From assembly GCA_002633005.1 (NCBI GenBank), contig NMRA01000011.1, positions 1,193,513 through 1,257,512 on the forward strand: a stretch of 64,000 bases of DNA, in the 5' to 3' direction. The position numbers and the translations under genes are program-made. The DNA comes from Phoronis australis. Its lineage: Eukaryota; Animalia; Phoronida. The stretch's first letter is position 1. Each line of letters opens with the position of its first letter. Positions 40,101-50,610 of the stretch are shown piece after piece. Below the pieces are notes generated by a model that did no database searches, was not told the origin of the DNA, and saw nothing but the letters and a program-made list of their open reading frames with translations.

Positions 40101-43100
40101 AACATTCCCGTTACTAACTTTAAAATTTTACCAAAAGGTCACTAAGCTGTACTTGCTTGGCACCTGGCTGCTCTCTGACTTTGTTCGTGTGGCAGGCTCC
40201 GGTTGCACGATCGGCCATGTCCCGAAAAATGTGTAGAGCTGTTCGAAGTGTGGACAATTTCCAAGGCAGTCGTCAGAAAAGGCCTTACTTCTATGGACAG
40301 CATCTCTCACGTTCCTGTATGTCTCAACTTTTTCATTTGTCAGTCGCCCTCTGGTAACACATCACAGTCATCCGACTGGCTATCGCCTGATACACCATCG
40401 AAAATACCTTGAATTGGCGACTTGCTCCAAATGCTCAGTTTCATTTGGTATCCGGTTACCACTTCTATTCTAGTTAAATTTGCTGCTTTGAGACATGTTC
40501 TTAAAAGTTGTACAGTGAGCAGCAATCACACAGTATCAAGAGTGTGTGAAATGATGGGAAAACCTCCACACTGGCGTGAAGTGGTGAGACAATTTAGGAT
40601 GGTGAAATATAATCCGGACTAAACTTTTCGCATTGCCGTTATGTAATTGAAGTAACTTTGGTGTGCTCGCTAGTTAGTACGGCCTTTTCTTGCAAACTAA
40701 CTTACCTCCTAAATTTAGACAAGTCGAAATCATCTTTTACTTTGAGTCTAAAATTTTGTGGCTGAGAAAAGAATATTAGTCCATCGTTCTAAATCCGTAG
40801 TGCGAAAGGCTCTTTAATATATGGAAATCATTCAAACTTATGGTACATAAGAACATGATTGCAATGAATTCACATACCCTTCTGCTATCCTAACATTAAC
40901 ATGTTTTCAGCAAATTAAATCTCTCCAATTCAAAACTTTGGTTACAACATTATAACCTTATCCATTTCAATGAAAAATTACTGACTGTTACCGTTAATGC
41001 GTTCTCATACCTACCGCAAATAGAAGTGTCAACATGAGAAATACCACTAACTGGTATTTGCCTAAGGTAAATAGTAGCAGCCTATTGAAGACTCCTGTAA
41101 GTTCACACCTTGAAGCCACCGACACAAAGGGTGGTAACAAACATAGTCAACTTAAACATTTAACTTTAACTGGAATGTGTTTTCAAACTTTGAAAGTAAG
41201 AGTAGTCTAGTGGTCAACTTGAGGTCTGCATGCTTTGTACAGTTGACAATGAAGCAGTGTAATTGGATTTTCAAGCTGGCAATGCTATTTGTTGGGTTCA
41301 TTTCCGTTTTCTCGAAACTTCTTGATCCAATTTAGTCTTCAATGTATGTTACAACATAAAAAGTTGTACAGTTGCGTATTATAAACACCTTTATGAAAAT
41401 AATACCAAGTTGCAATATTTCTAAAGATAATACGCTTTTGAAAATTATCAACCTACTTAACTCTTAACCGTTTTCAAAGTATTGTGACCAAAATTTAGAG
41501 TCATTATTGGGCTCCTGTTGGTGATCAAATTGTTTAGATAAAATAAACATGTAGGAAACACATGTGAATGTTTTTATGTTCAAGTTATGACTGGGACTAT
41601 CTTAGCAACATGGGCGGTAAAAATATTTAACATTTGGACTGCTATTTGAGTTTTTTAAATGAATTAGCTATTCTGAGACTTCTGTTTTACTTTCATCTTT
41701 AATTCTGGAAGCTGTGTGTTTTGCATGTACTGGACATATTATATATCATCCACAATGTCTCAAGACCCCCCTCTCTGCTCCACCTCTCTCTCATAGTGTG
41801 TCTGTGCTATATTTATAGGAGAAAATAAGAATAATTGGTCACAAATGATGATTGACAAAACATTGTTATTTATCTAGGATCCCTAGAAAAGTGTCCAAAT
41901 CAGGGTAACTTCGGAACATCATATCTCAGAAATGGATGATTAAATTCAATGAAAATTTCAAATACTGTGCGTTATGTACTGTTCTCCAAAATGCTGTTGG
42001 GAATTATTTTTAAAATGTTCCCATTTTGCATGAGGGGATATCAAAGGATGACTGTTATGATATTCGCAGAAAAACTTCAACATTGCGTAAAACAAAAACT
42101 AAATATTTTAGAAAACTATAACAGCGATTTTGAGATCTCACCTCGAACATTTATATCGAATAAAATTTGAACATGTTATTGACAACATTGTTTTGCTATC
42201 GATGTGCATGTCTTTTTTGCAAAATTTTACTAATTAATAATAGGTTACTAAAAATATAAATTCTACAGGCCATGTAATTTCAGAAAATACATATTTTTAT
42301 TGAGTTAAAATCTAAAGTTTTGTAGATATTTAGCTACATAGGTAGACCTGTAAATAAGATCTTACATAATCTTAGCCAATGCAAGGCTGGACCCTTCATA
42401 ATGAAGTAACTTAATTTTTCAGCATGTAACTGTCACCCTGTTGGCTCCTCCGGAAAAATCTGCAACCAGACAACAGGACAGTGTCCATGTAAAGAAGGAG
42501 TGATGGGTCTGATCTGCGACAAGTGTGCGAAGGGATACCAACAAAGTCGAACACCCATTGCACCCTGTGTCAGTAAGTAACTGCTTATGAGTATCTGGAC
42601 TTAAGTGTTGGGTAACAAGAAGAAAATTTAAGCTGATCTGCTTTGTTTCGTACTTTTTAACTGCGTTTAATGAGCCTCATACAGTCCCGGGGCTAAGCAT
42701 CAGCACAGTTTGAACATTTAATAGAATAATACCAAAAATTAATACTTTAAACTAACATTCTTTGATATTACATTAGTTTTGTTCAGTATAAAATTATTGC
42801 TGCTCTACATGTTAGTTACTGCCATTAGATCAGAGATTTAAAGCAATCTTAAAGCGTACAGTTTCAGCATGGAAAGGCTAAATCTTGCTCTGAATCTTGA
42901 AGTCACTGTGATGTCCGTCTGTGTGTCATGTACTACAATTAACTGCCTCTCAGGTGCATGCTCAGTAGTAGTATTTTACTGTGTCAAGCTGTGATTTGTA
43001 CATGGCTTTATTGTGCTCAACTTTAGGATTGCATGGGCTCTTTAGTGAAAGGAGGTAAGAACGCGAGCCTTTATGTGTAAAAATGAATAATCCTGTCACA

Positions 43101-46100
43101 AATAAAAAACTTACTGACACAAGAATAAATCGAAAATAAAATACAGATGTTCGTTTCATAAATTTGACAACAATGCATCGTGAAATCAACATAAATTAAA
43201 AAAGCGTACTTTCGCACATGATGAGATATAAGTTTGCTTGCTACATAGGACATTTATTCCAAGTAAAACCCTCAATTACGCAAACATGCTGAATCCATGT
43301 GGGCCAGGATTCCCAACAGACTTAGATTCCATGTGGTGTATGCATGACAGTCTTCTACCCCCCTCCTCTCTTGCATGAGCCTCTAGACACTGCATCTTGG
43401 CATTTTGACCAGTCCTCTTTTTACAATTTGCCAATTTGTGTATTTTCAGGGAAATCATCTGAAGAATTTTTCCCTGTGGACGAAGTATTTACAGGTGTCT
43501 TAATTATTTATTTGTTGTTTCATGCAGACCTTGCGTATTGTATCCAACTGAATTGCTTGGACACGATCTTCACGCTCGCTGCACGCACACTCTTTTGCAC
43601 TAAATTTATCTGAACCAAAGCAATTAAAAATTTTCATAAATATGAAGAATCAGTAAACGAATAATCAAAATTACTAAACAAGAATATAGTCTGCAATGTG
43701 CATGATTTGTCCTTATACAAAGTAATACTTTTAAAAGCAATTTGTGGCTTATTGAAAATACATCAGTCAAGTGACGCTCTTTTTGCAACCAACCAACTTG
43801 GGAACTACAAGAGACTTAATAATGGCAAAAAAATTCAAATTATTCATTAAATCAAACATTGAAATGGCAAGACTAATTCCTACTAATAAGTTGTCTGGGG
43901 GGTTTGTCTACAATAGTGTTGAGCTCGAATGCTATTTATTGCCTGCCAATCGATAACAGCGATGAGTGTTTTTGATATCAGAAACTCTGCATTCAGCAGT
44001 TAGTAAATAGATGTCAAAACTTTTCAAGCAAATATTTGATAACACACTACTTCACACCAATGCAGACCAAATCGGCATATAATACAAGAGATAAAATTCC
44101 ATACCGGCCAACTCTTTGAAAAGACGTGTAAGCCTGGATTAACTTAATCTACATTTTTGCTCCACGAGGTGTTATAAAATGTCAAAACTATAAAAAATTA
44201 GACTCCAGTGGAATACATAACAAGTAAACAAATTATATCATGCTGGTGGGCTATTTCTAAACAAAACATTCCTTTGATGAGTAACCTTTACACAAATACA
44301 ACTTGTTTTATCTGATAATTTTTGTAAATATCAGGATGTACTTTGTTCAGGTAGATAACTCTCATGTTTACTAACTAAGAACAATTAACCATATATGCGA
44401 TCAACAAGCACACTGCGCTAAGACAACATCTCACCTCCTGTATAGAAGGGAATTGTATCAAAAGAATCCCAAAACTTTAAATTAGTTTCATTATCACCTT
44501 CCACTGCAAAAAGTAGACTTCAAGGCAGCCTGTATTCACCAGTCTCATTACATATCACTTTCAAGCCTTTTGCCATATTTTCTATAAAAACATTCCTTGC
44601 GCACATGTAGCTAAGTGCTTTATGTTGATTCAGATTCCAGATGACTACAATTACTAACACGCACCCAAAGGTAAGCGACTTCCGAACATGATGCAGCTAA
44701 AATTCTCCTGTGACGGGCATTCAAAGTGACTCTATCACTTCTAAGGAAATATTGGACTGTAAAAATCAGGGTTGAGAGCTACAACAAGCATGAGAATTGA
44801 AAATTAGGAAATATGGGGTTGAGCATTAGGCTGAATAATGGCTATCCAACAACACGAATCAAGTGATAAAACAACATCTTTAGTTTTTATAGATACGGTT
44901 AAAACTTTTTAAAACTATTATTCATGTGCCAAATATGTGAGTTGTTTGGAACTATTTCACACAACTTCAGTTATAAGAGTTGTTTGAGACTACTACTTCA
45001 TTTAGTGACAATTCAACAGCGGCTATGTTCTGTATTTTTATCACTACTGTCAATGGGTGGATGAGCAAGACATTTTCTACCTTGACTTTATAATGGCTAA
45101 TGGAAACGCGTTTCAGAGAATGAAGACATCACACCCTAATTAGGACACTTTTCTAACAAATTTTTGACAGACTTCAAGAGATGGTGTAACAATGTCAGTA
45201 AATGCACGGTCTACAACTTGGCTTACGGTAAAATCTCCCGATTTAGGACACACTATGGCGGACAAATAAAATTTTGTTTTTTTAAAAGTTTTTTCAGTGT
45301 CAACTTTTTTACTTTAGTTAACGTTGGACAATGAGTTAAGAAACTGTAGCATTCACAACAATGTAGGAGCGTTAGAATATTAAAAGAAGTCCAATTTTGT
45401 CAATTATTTTAGTCTAAACTAAATGATGTATTGCTGAAGATCAGAATGAGAGGCATGTATGATAATTGCAGATCACTTTGCGGGTGATTGTCAAAACAGA
45501 GATTCTAATGAATAACTTCACAGTGTATGATGCATCTTTGAACCACAATCTTAACATGTCAATCAAAGACCAATGCTTTCACACCATCTGGGAATGGTAC
45601 ATAACAATTTCACCACTGCAAAGGAGATAGACACACAGCGCTTGATCGGTTAATTTTTGGTACTAATACTTGAAACATTCAGGGAATGCCTGTACCTAAA
45701 TTATATGGATTTTAATCAGTCTTCTTGTATTTTAGAAATACCACAAGCAGTTGTTCCAACCATGGCTTCCAAACCAGCTAGAAAGCCTGGTAAGTTTTCT
45801 GTATTTCAGCACAATATGACTTTTCACTGTCTCTGGCTCAAATAAGCTCACTCAGAGACTACGAACCACCAGCTAGTTAGAAAATGACCAATACAGGTCC
45901 AGTATCACGGCTATCAAAATGTATTGGTGTTAACCATCTAATACATTTATGTTGCTCAAAATTTAATCTTGCAAGAAAAAAATGATGACCAATTAGTGTG
46001 AACACGTCCACAGTACGTATAGCTGTGTAACTTCCTTGTTTTAATTTTAGCTCGCAAATGTAACCAGAAATGCAGGGTAAACAGCAGAAGAGTGAACCTG

Positions 46101-46982
46101 AAGAAATATTGCCGTCGGGACTTTGGTAAGCACAATTTTTAAGTAATAACAAAAGTACCAATTTTCCTACTAACCTCATTTTCATTACATCACGATTAAT
46201 GAATAAATTATGATAATGACTTTATGTTCACACTTACTCGGAGCCATAAGTCAGATATGACACTCTCCTAACAGTCGAGAGTGTAGCTAAACCACTTAAG
46301 TTCCTTAGTACTAATAGACTAGTCAGTAATCAGTACCTTGACTGACGTATCTCACATTCGTGTGCTCTCACTAATGAGGCCCTCTCACATAAATACATAT
46401 TCTCACAAAATCTAAGCCAGTCTAAACATCTTGATAAAACCCGAGCTTTGGCCAAAAATGGTTCGAATGAAACACCATCGAAGGGGTACAATGCTTACTA
46501 GACATTTCTCCCTTTTCTGGATGGCACTGTGTATTGGTTTGACAGGACCCTTTGTTATGACCAAGCTCAGGTGTAAGGTATGGAGCAGGGGGTCTGGCAG
46601 TGAAAATTAAAAAAGAAGTTGAATGAGTCAAGCAATCCCATCAAAAATTGATGTTTCAGCTTTCCAAGCACATGTGCTCTCAAAAGAAATTGTGGACAAG
46701 AATTGGGTGAAGTTCAGGATCGACATCTACAATGTCTATAAGCAGCAGAAGATTCGTTTGCGACGCGGACCACAAAATATCTACATTGCCAAATCTGACT
46801 ACGAATGCAAATGTCCGAAAGTGCGTCTGGCACGAAGATTCCTTTTCGTAGGAAAGAACAAGAGGTACCGCAACGGTATTCTTTTGGACAGGAAAAGTAT
46901 AGTGGCTCCATGGAAAGATGACTGGGAGAGGCGGCTGAGGAGGTGGGCAACAAAGGACCGCAACGGCAAATGTCGGTCATGA
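15995..46982 (+). CDS. NTN1: Netrin-1/UNC-6-family secreted axon guidance cue, spliced gene: join(15995..17033, 30373..30561 [or 30610..30798], 42423..42572, 45736..45789, 46051..46125, 46660..46982); 1830 nt = 609 aa + stop
   Basis: Signal peptide, laminin N-terminal (VI) domain, three laminin-EGF (V) repeats and a C-terminal NTR/C345C domain. All introns are GT-AG and phase 1, and the joined exons give an uninterrupted frame. Internal exon sizes 189/150/54/75 nt match the vertebrate netrin-1 structure as I recall it. Confidence 0.95.
29751..29783. repeat. (CTA)n microsatellite
   Basis: tactactactactac... seen directly. Other simple repeats: (CA)n ~11122, (AAC)/(AAT) ~21932-22030, (TTAATATTAACA)n 30001-30053, (ATT)n ~37112-37148. 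Confidence 0.9.
30373..30561 (+). CDS. NTN1: Netrin exon 2A: laminin-EGF repeat LE2 (V-2), copy A
   Basis: Acceptor ctttttctttacAG, 189 nt, [63 protein letters not shown], donor G|GTAGGT. Confidence 0.94.
30610..30798 (+). CDS. NTN1: Netrin exon 2B: duplicated LE2 (V-2) exon, copy B, probable mutually exclusive alternative exon
   Basis: Acceptor ccttgtccttgcAG, 189 nt, [63 protein letters not shown] with all 8 Cys kept, donor G|GTAGGC. Confidence 0.88.
32309..32466. repeat. Minisatellite, four copies of a ~39-bp unit
   Basis: TACAGTTCCCACTGTCCTAGAAGCGTAATACTTGACATA repeated head to tail with no spacers. Confidence 0.92.
37372..37983. mobile_element. Tc1/mariner-like MITE (~610 bp)
   Basis: TA-CAGGGTGATTCTCCTAAAACAGGCC ... 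GGCCTGCTTCAGGAGAATCACCCT terminal inverted repeats. Confidence 0.7.
38403..38975 (-). mobile_element. Non-autonomous DNA element, inverted copy of 58612-59138
   Basis: Collinear reverse-complement similarity along the length, e.g. GGGAAAGGTTAAC, GTGGGAAAGGTCA, CATCAGATGAAGAATGACACTG, CCCTAATGGGAAAG. Confidence 0.75.
40128..40460 (-). pseudogene. Decayed Myb/SANT-like (trihelix, Harbinger ORF1-type) coding remnant in netrin intron 2
   Basis: Minus-strand fragments [15 protein letters not shown] and [19 protein letters not shown] resemble the N- and C-terminal motifs of Myb/SANT-like DNA-binding domains. Interrupted by stops and frameshifts. Confidence 0.4.
42423..42572 (+). CDS. NTN1: Netrin exon 3: LE3 (V-3)
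   Basis: Acceptor tttttcAG, 150 nt, [50 protein letters not shown], donor A|GTAAGT. Not in the ORF track. Confidence 0.95.
45736..45789 (+). CDS. NTN1: Netrin exon 4: Pro-rich linker
   Basis: Acceptor cttcttgtattttAG, 54 nt, [18 protein letters not shown] (cf. KIP.. linker of netrin-1), donor G|GTAAGT. Confidence 0.85.
46051..46125 (+). CDS. NTN1: Netrin exon 5: start of the NTR/C345C domain
   Basis: Acceptor ttaattttAG, 75 nt, [25 protein letters not shown] (cf. KKYCKKDY), donor G|GTAAGC. Confidence 0.92.
46660..46982 (+). CDS. NTN1: Netrin last coding exon: NTR/C345C domain with basic C-terminus
   Basis: Acceptor tgtttc[53 protein letters not shown] at 46980-46982. Confidence 0.94.
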
Positions 46983-47749
46983 TGCGATTTACAGACGCTC
47001 TTATTTATGGTATTGTGATATTAACAACTATTTGTGAATCTTGCAAATGTGAAGTTATGTCGTTACAAATGTGACGTTTGAACAGTGTTACGGTTTTATC
47101 CAAGACTAGGCACTTCACACGGACCTTTGATAATTGAAGAAGTTTAGTCTGATAATCAGCTCTTAATTTGGTTGGCGGAACTCTTTGAAACTGTCGACTT
47201 CCAAGTTTAACGGCAGCNAAATTGTGGACAAGAATTGGGTGAAGTTCAGGATCGACATCTACAATGTCTATAAGCAGCAGAAGATACGTTTGCGACGCGG
47301 ACCACAAAATATCTACATTGCCAAATCTGACTACGAATGCAAATGTCCGAAAGTGCGTCTGGCGCGAAGATTCCTTTTCGTAGGAAAGAACAAGAGGTAC
47401 CGCAACGGTATTCTTTTGGACAGGAAAAGTATAGTGGCTCCGTGGAAAGATGACTGGGAGAGGCGGCTGAGGAGGTGGGCAACAAAGGACCGCAACGGCA
47501 AATGTCGGTCATGATGCGATTTACAGACGCTCTTATTTATGGTATTGTGATATTAACAACTATTTGTGAATCTTGCAAATGTGAAGTTATGTCGTTACAA
47601 ATGTGACGTTTGAACAGTGTTACGGTTTTATCCAAGACTAGGCACTTCACACGGACCTTTGATAATTGAAGAAGTTTAGTCTGATAATCAGCTCTTAATT
47701 TGGTTGGCGGAACTCTTTGAAACTGTCGACTTCCAAGTTTAACGGCAGC
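46687..47749. other. Apparent 531-bp tandem duplication of the last netrin exon and proximal 3' UTR around a single N at 47218 (assembly overlap)
   Basis: 46687-47217 equals 47219-47749 except for the three synonymous SNPs I could see. The second copy starts mid-exon with no acceptor. Confidence 0.88.
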
Positions 47750-50446
47750 TGCACTGGGGTGGTATTGTGCAGTATATTATTCAGTTCTGGCTATTTTAAG
47801 TTTTTTGTTCCTATATAGTTGGTGAAGAGGTTCAAGAAGATCACAAAGACCCTTATCTTATAGTTTAGTAAGAGTGGTCAATATTCAAAATAACAAAGTA
47901 TTGTAAATATATTCACTTATTTTAATGCATTATTTTTTAGTTTTGTTACGAATTGAAATTCAGCAACAGCACGGTTACTGTCGATGTTACTTTTGTCTGT
48001 AAACATAAGAAATGCAAAATTACCAAGCTACTGAAGGAAAGCTCCTCTTTTTAACTGATGAATAGATTGAGAGCAGAAAACACATATCAGCACGGGGGCC
48101 TTTGTTTGACAAGGGTGCCATGGGATTACGTGACTGCAGATGTTTCTGTGGGTAGGACCTCTGCCTCACATGCGCAACCTGTTGTATTAGGATTACCGTA
48201 TATGATAAAACACAACCATAGTTAATGCTGATGTTCTTCACTTACTTTGCACAAAAACAATCAATGTCAAAATTTTCATTTTTCTATTGGTCAGTGGTTG
48301 ATTACCTTGCCGCATAGGATCAAAATTTTACCAAATGTTGATTTGTGGCATAAAGACACTACTACAAAGTAATCTAATAAGAGACCAAATATTTCTCAAT
48401 CTTTATATTTTCGCTAAATTTGACCAAATGAAATTTCACCAGTCCAAAGATAGTGAGTGCCAAATAAGTGAAGAATTTCTATTATGCTGTTCATATTATA
48501 AAGTTGGTCATTATTGCTGTAGTTGCGACAAAATTTGATACACCTGAAATGTGACCAAAAAAAATTTAAATTGTTGCCAACACGTTTTGAAAAACTGCAG
48601 AGATGCAATTATGAAGGTGAAACTACATGACATGCCAACATATTATGTAAACAACATGTTCTGTGCATTTGTCAAAACAAGTACCTGTTTGTTCAACCAT
48701 TTTTGAGGTGGGAAAATATAAGTGACTAAATGGTGCAGATAAATAAGACAGCCCTGCAGGCTGTTGTTATTTCTGGTGAAGATTCATGTGTGAATATGTT
48801 ACTTATGCAGTTTGGCAGCATTTCATGAAATGTCTCTTGGTCAGACTCATCTATTCTTGCTTTGGACAACTGGATATACCAGGGCTCGCCGCCAACTAAC
48901 TTTACTCAGTCCTTTATATTACTGGAGAATTATGAAATTAGACGGAGCAATTTCTCATGTGTTGGAGAACACCACATCGTATTGAATCAGAAGTACTTGA
49001 AATCCTTAGTAATTCTCATTTTTCGAGAAGTGCTCAAGAAAACACGACCAGCAATTATTCCTGAGTAAAATCTCGAGCACACTTGGGTAAATTACTCGAA
49101 AATTCCAAGACTGCTACATAGCGTACTTGAAAAAGTACTCAATATGAAGTACAATTTATTTGAAGCCTTAAGTTTACAATTTGATAGCATATTTACACTG
49201 CGAGTATATTAATTAAAATTGAAATAAGAATGAATAAATAAAATTTAATTTACCGAGTACATACGCTGCTCTTTTTACTAAAAAATATGCACACAATAAA
49301 TGTCCCTTTCACATCTTCACTGGAAAACTTCAAATTTGTAGACTGGCCTTTAGAGGGCGCTAGGTTTCAAAATGCACTTAATTTTATTTTTCTTGTTGAT
49401 CACACCAGGGAAGGGAGGTTGTCATAACTGAATAAACTCTTTAGCAAGAACAGTTTGAAGAAAGAATCTCTAAATGTAAGGATCTGAGTAAAGTTTGGTG
49501 GTAATGAGTCCAGCAGATGGAGCTAGTGTAAAAGTAATGAATAGACTATACTGACATGTATTTAACAAATTCTGAGTGAGAGTATATGAGACAAATATGT
49601 ACATATCAGTAATGCTGAACACTACCTTCTTACAGTGTGTAGGTCTGTAAGAGGCAGTTCTGTAGTATGGTGATGCTTTCACTTTTAGTAAATCTATGGA
49701 CACCAAGGGGGAAGAGACCTACCTGGCTACCCCCACTAACTTGATGTGGGCACAGTTCAGATGGTCAGATGTGGAAAGCTGTGTTGCCAATCAAAATATG
49801 AATTATTACAACTGTGAAATTTCAGAAAAATAGTGCATCCAACTCTAACTAGTGAATAAAGTAATAAAATCCACTATTATCAATTATTATCATGGTCAAC
49901 AAAGCCACCATACTGCACTAAGTACACAAGGCAAAATATCTGTAAATATTAGATGTATAAAGAATAGAAATCAACATCACTTCAGTTCTTTGTAAACCTG
50001 AGACTTGTTGATCACTAGATTTAAATGCAGGTACTTGCTAGAGTATTTGTATACCTTTTTGTTGGTATGAAATTTGTTGATAACATTTCCTAATATGTCT
50101 GTATAGAAAATGACTTTTGTATTTATAATATTTCATAGTTATTGTAACGTTTCATATGACTAATATTAATTTATAATATTCTCTATAGAGTTCATTCTGT
50201 TGTGAATATAGAAGACAGGTGTAAATGAGAATCCTTTTGTTTTACTATTCACAAGGACGAGTTCAAGTACATGACAGTGCAAGTTTTACACTCGCTGAAA
50301 TTAAGTCACAAATGATAACTTATTGTTAGAAATACTATATATGTTTTGGCTCATTTTGAATTTAGGATTCAAATATATCATAAAACATGTTTTCAAAAGA
50401 AAATAACCCATGGCACTGTGCAGAATCAGATACAGCATCAAGTTGC

Positions 50447-50610
50447 GGATATCTCCAACCTTACTCATAAAAATTGTCAATTTTTACAATTTTTCATGTT
50501 TGTCTAGCAAAATACCTTATCTTCGTTGTTGGGGATATCTCGAACCTTACTCACAAAAATTGTCTATTTTTACAATATTTCATGTTTGTCTAGCAAAATA
50601 CCTCATCTTC
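50447..50610. repeat. Two-copy tandem repeat, 86-bp period
   Basis: GGATATCTC.AACCTTACTCA.AAAAATTGTC...CTAGCAAAATACCT.ATCTTC at 50447 and 50533. Confidence 0.85.

Noticed and set aside
47185-47514. Second NTR-domain ORF suggesting a duplicated terminal exon
   Set aside because: Starts exactly at a single N, lacks an acceptor and is near-identical to 46687-47217: an assembly overlap of two haplotypes.
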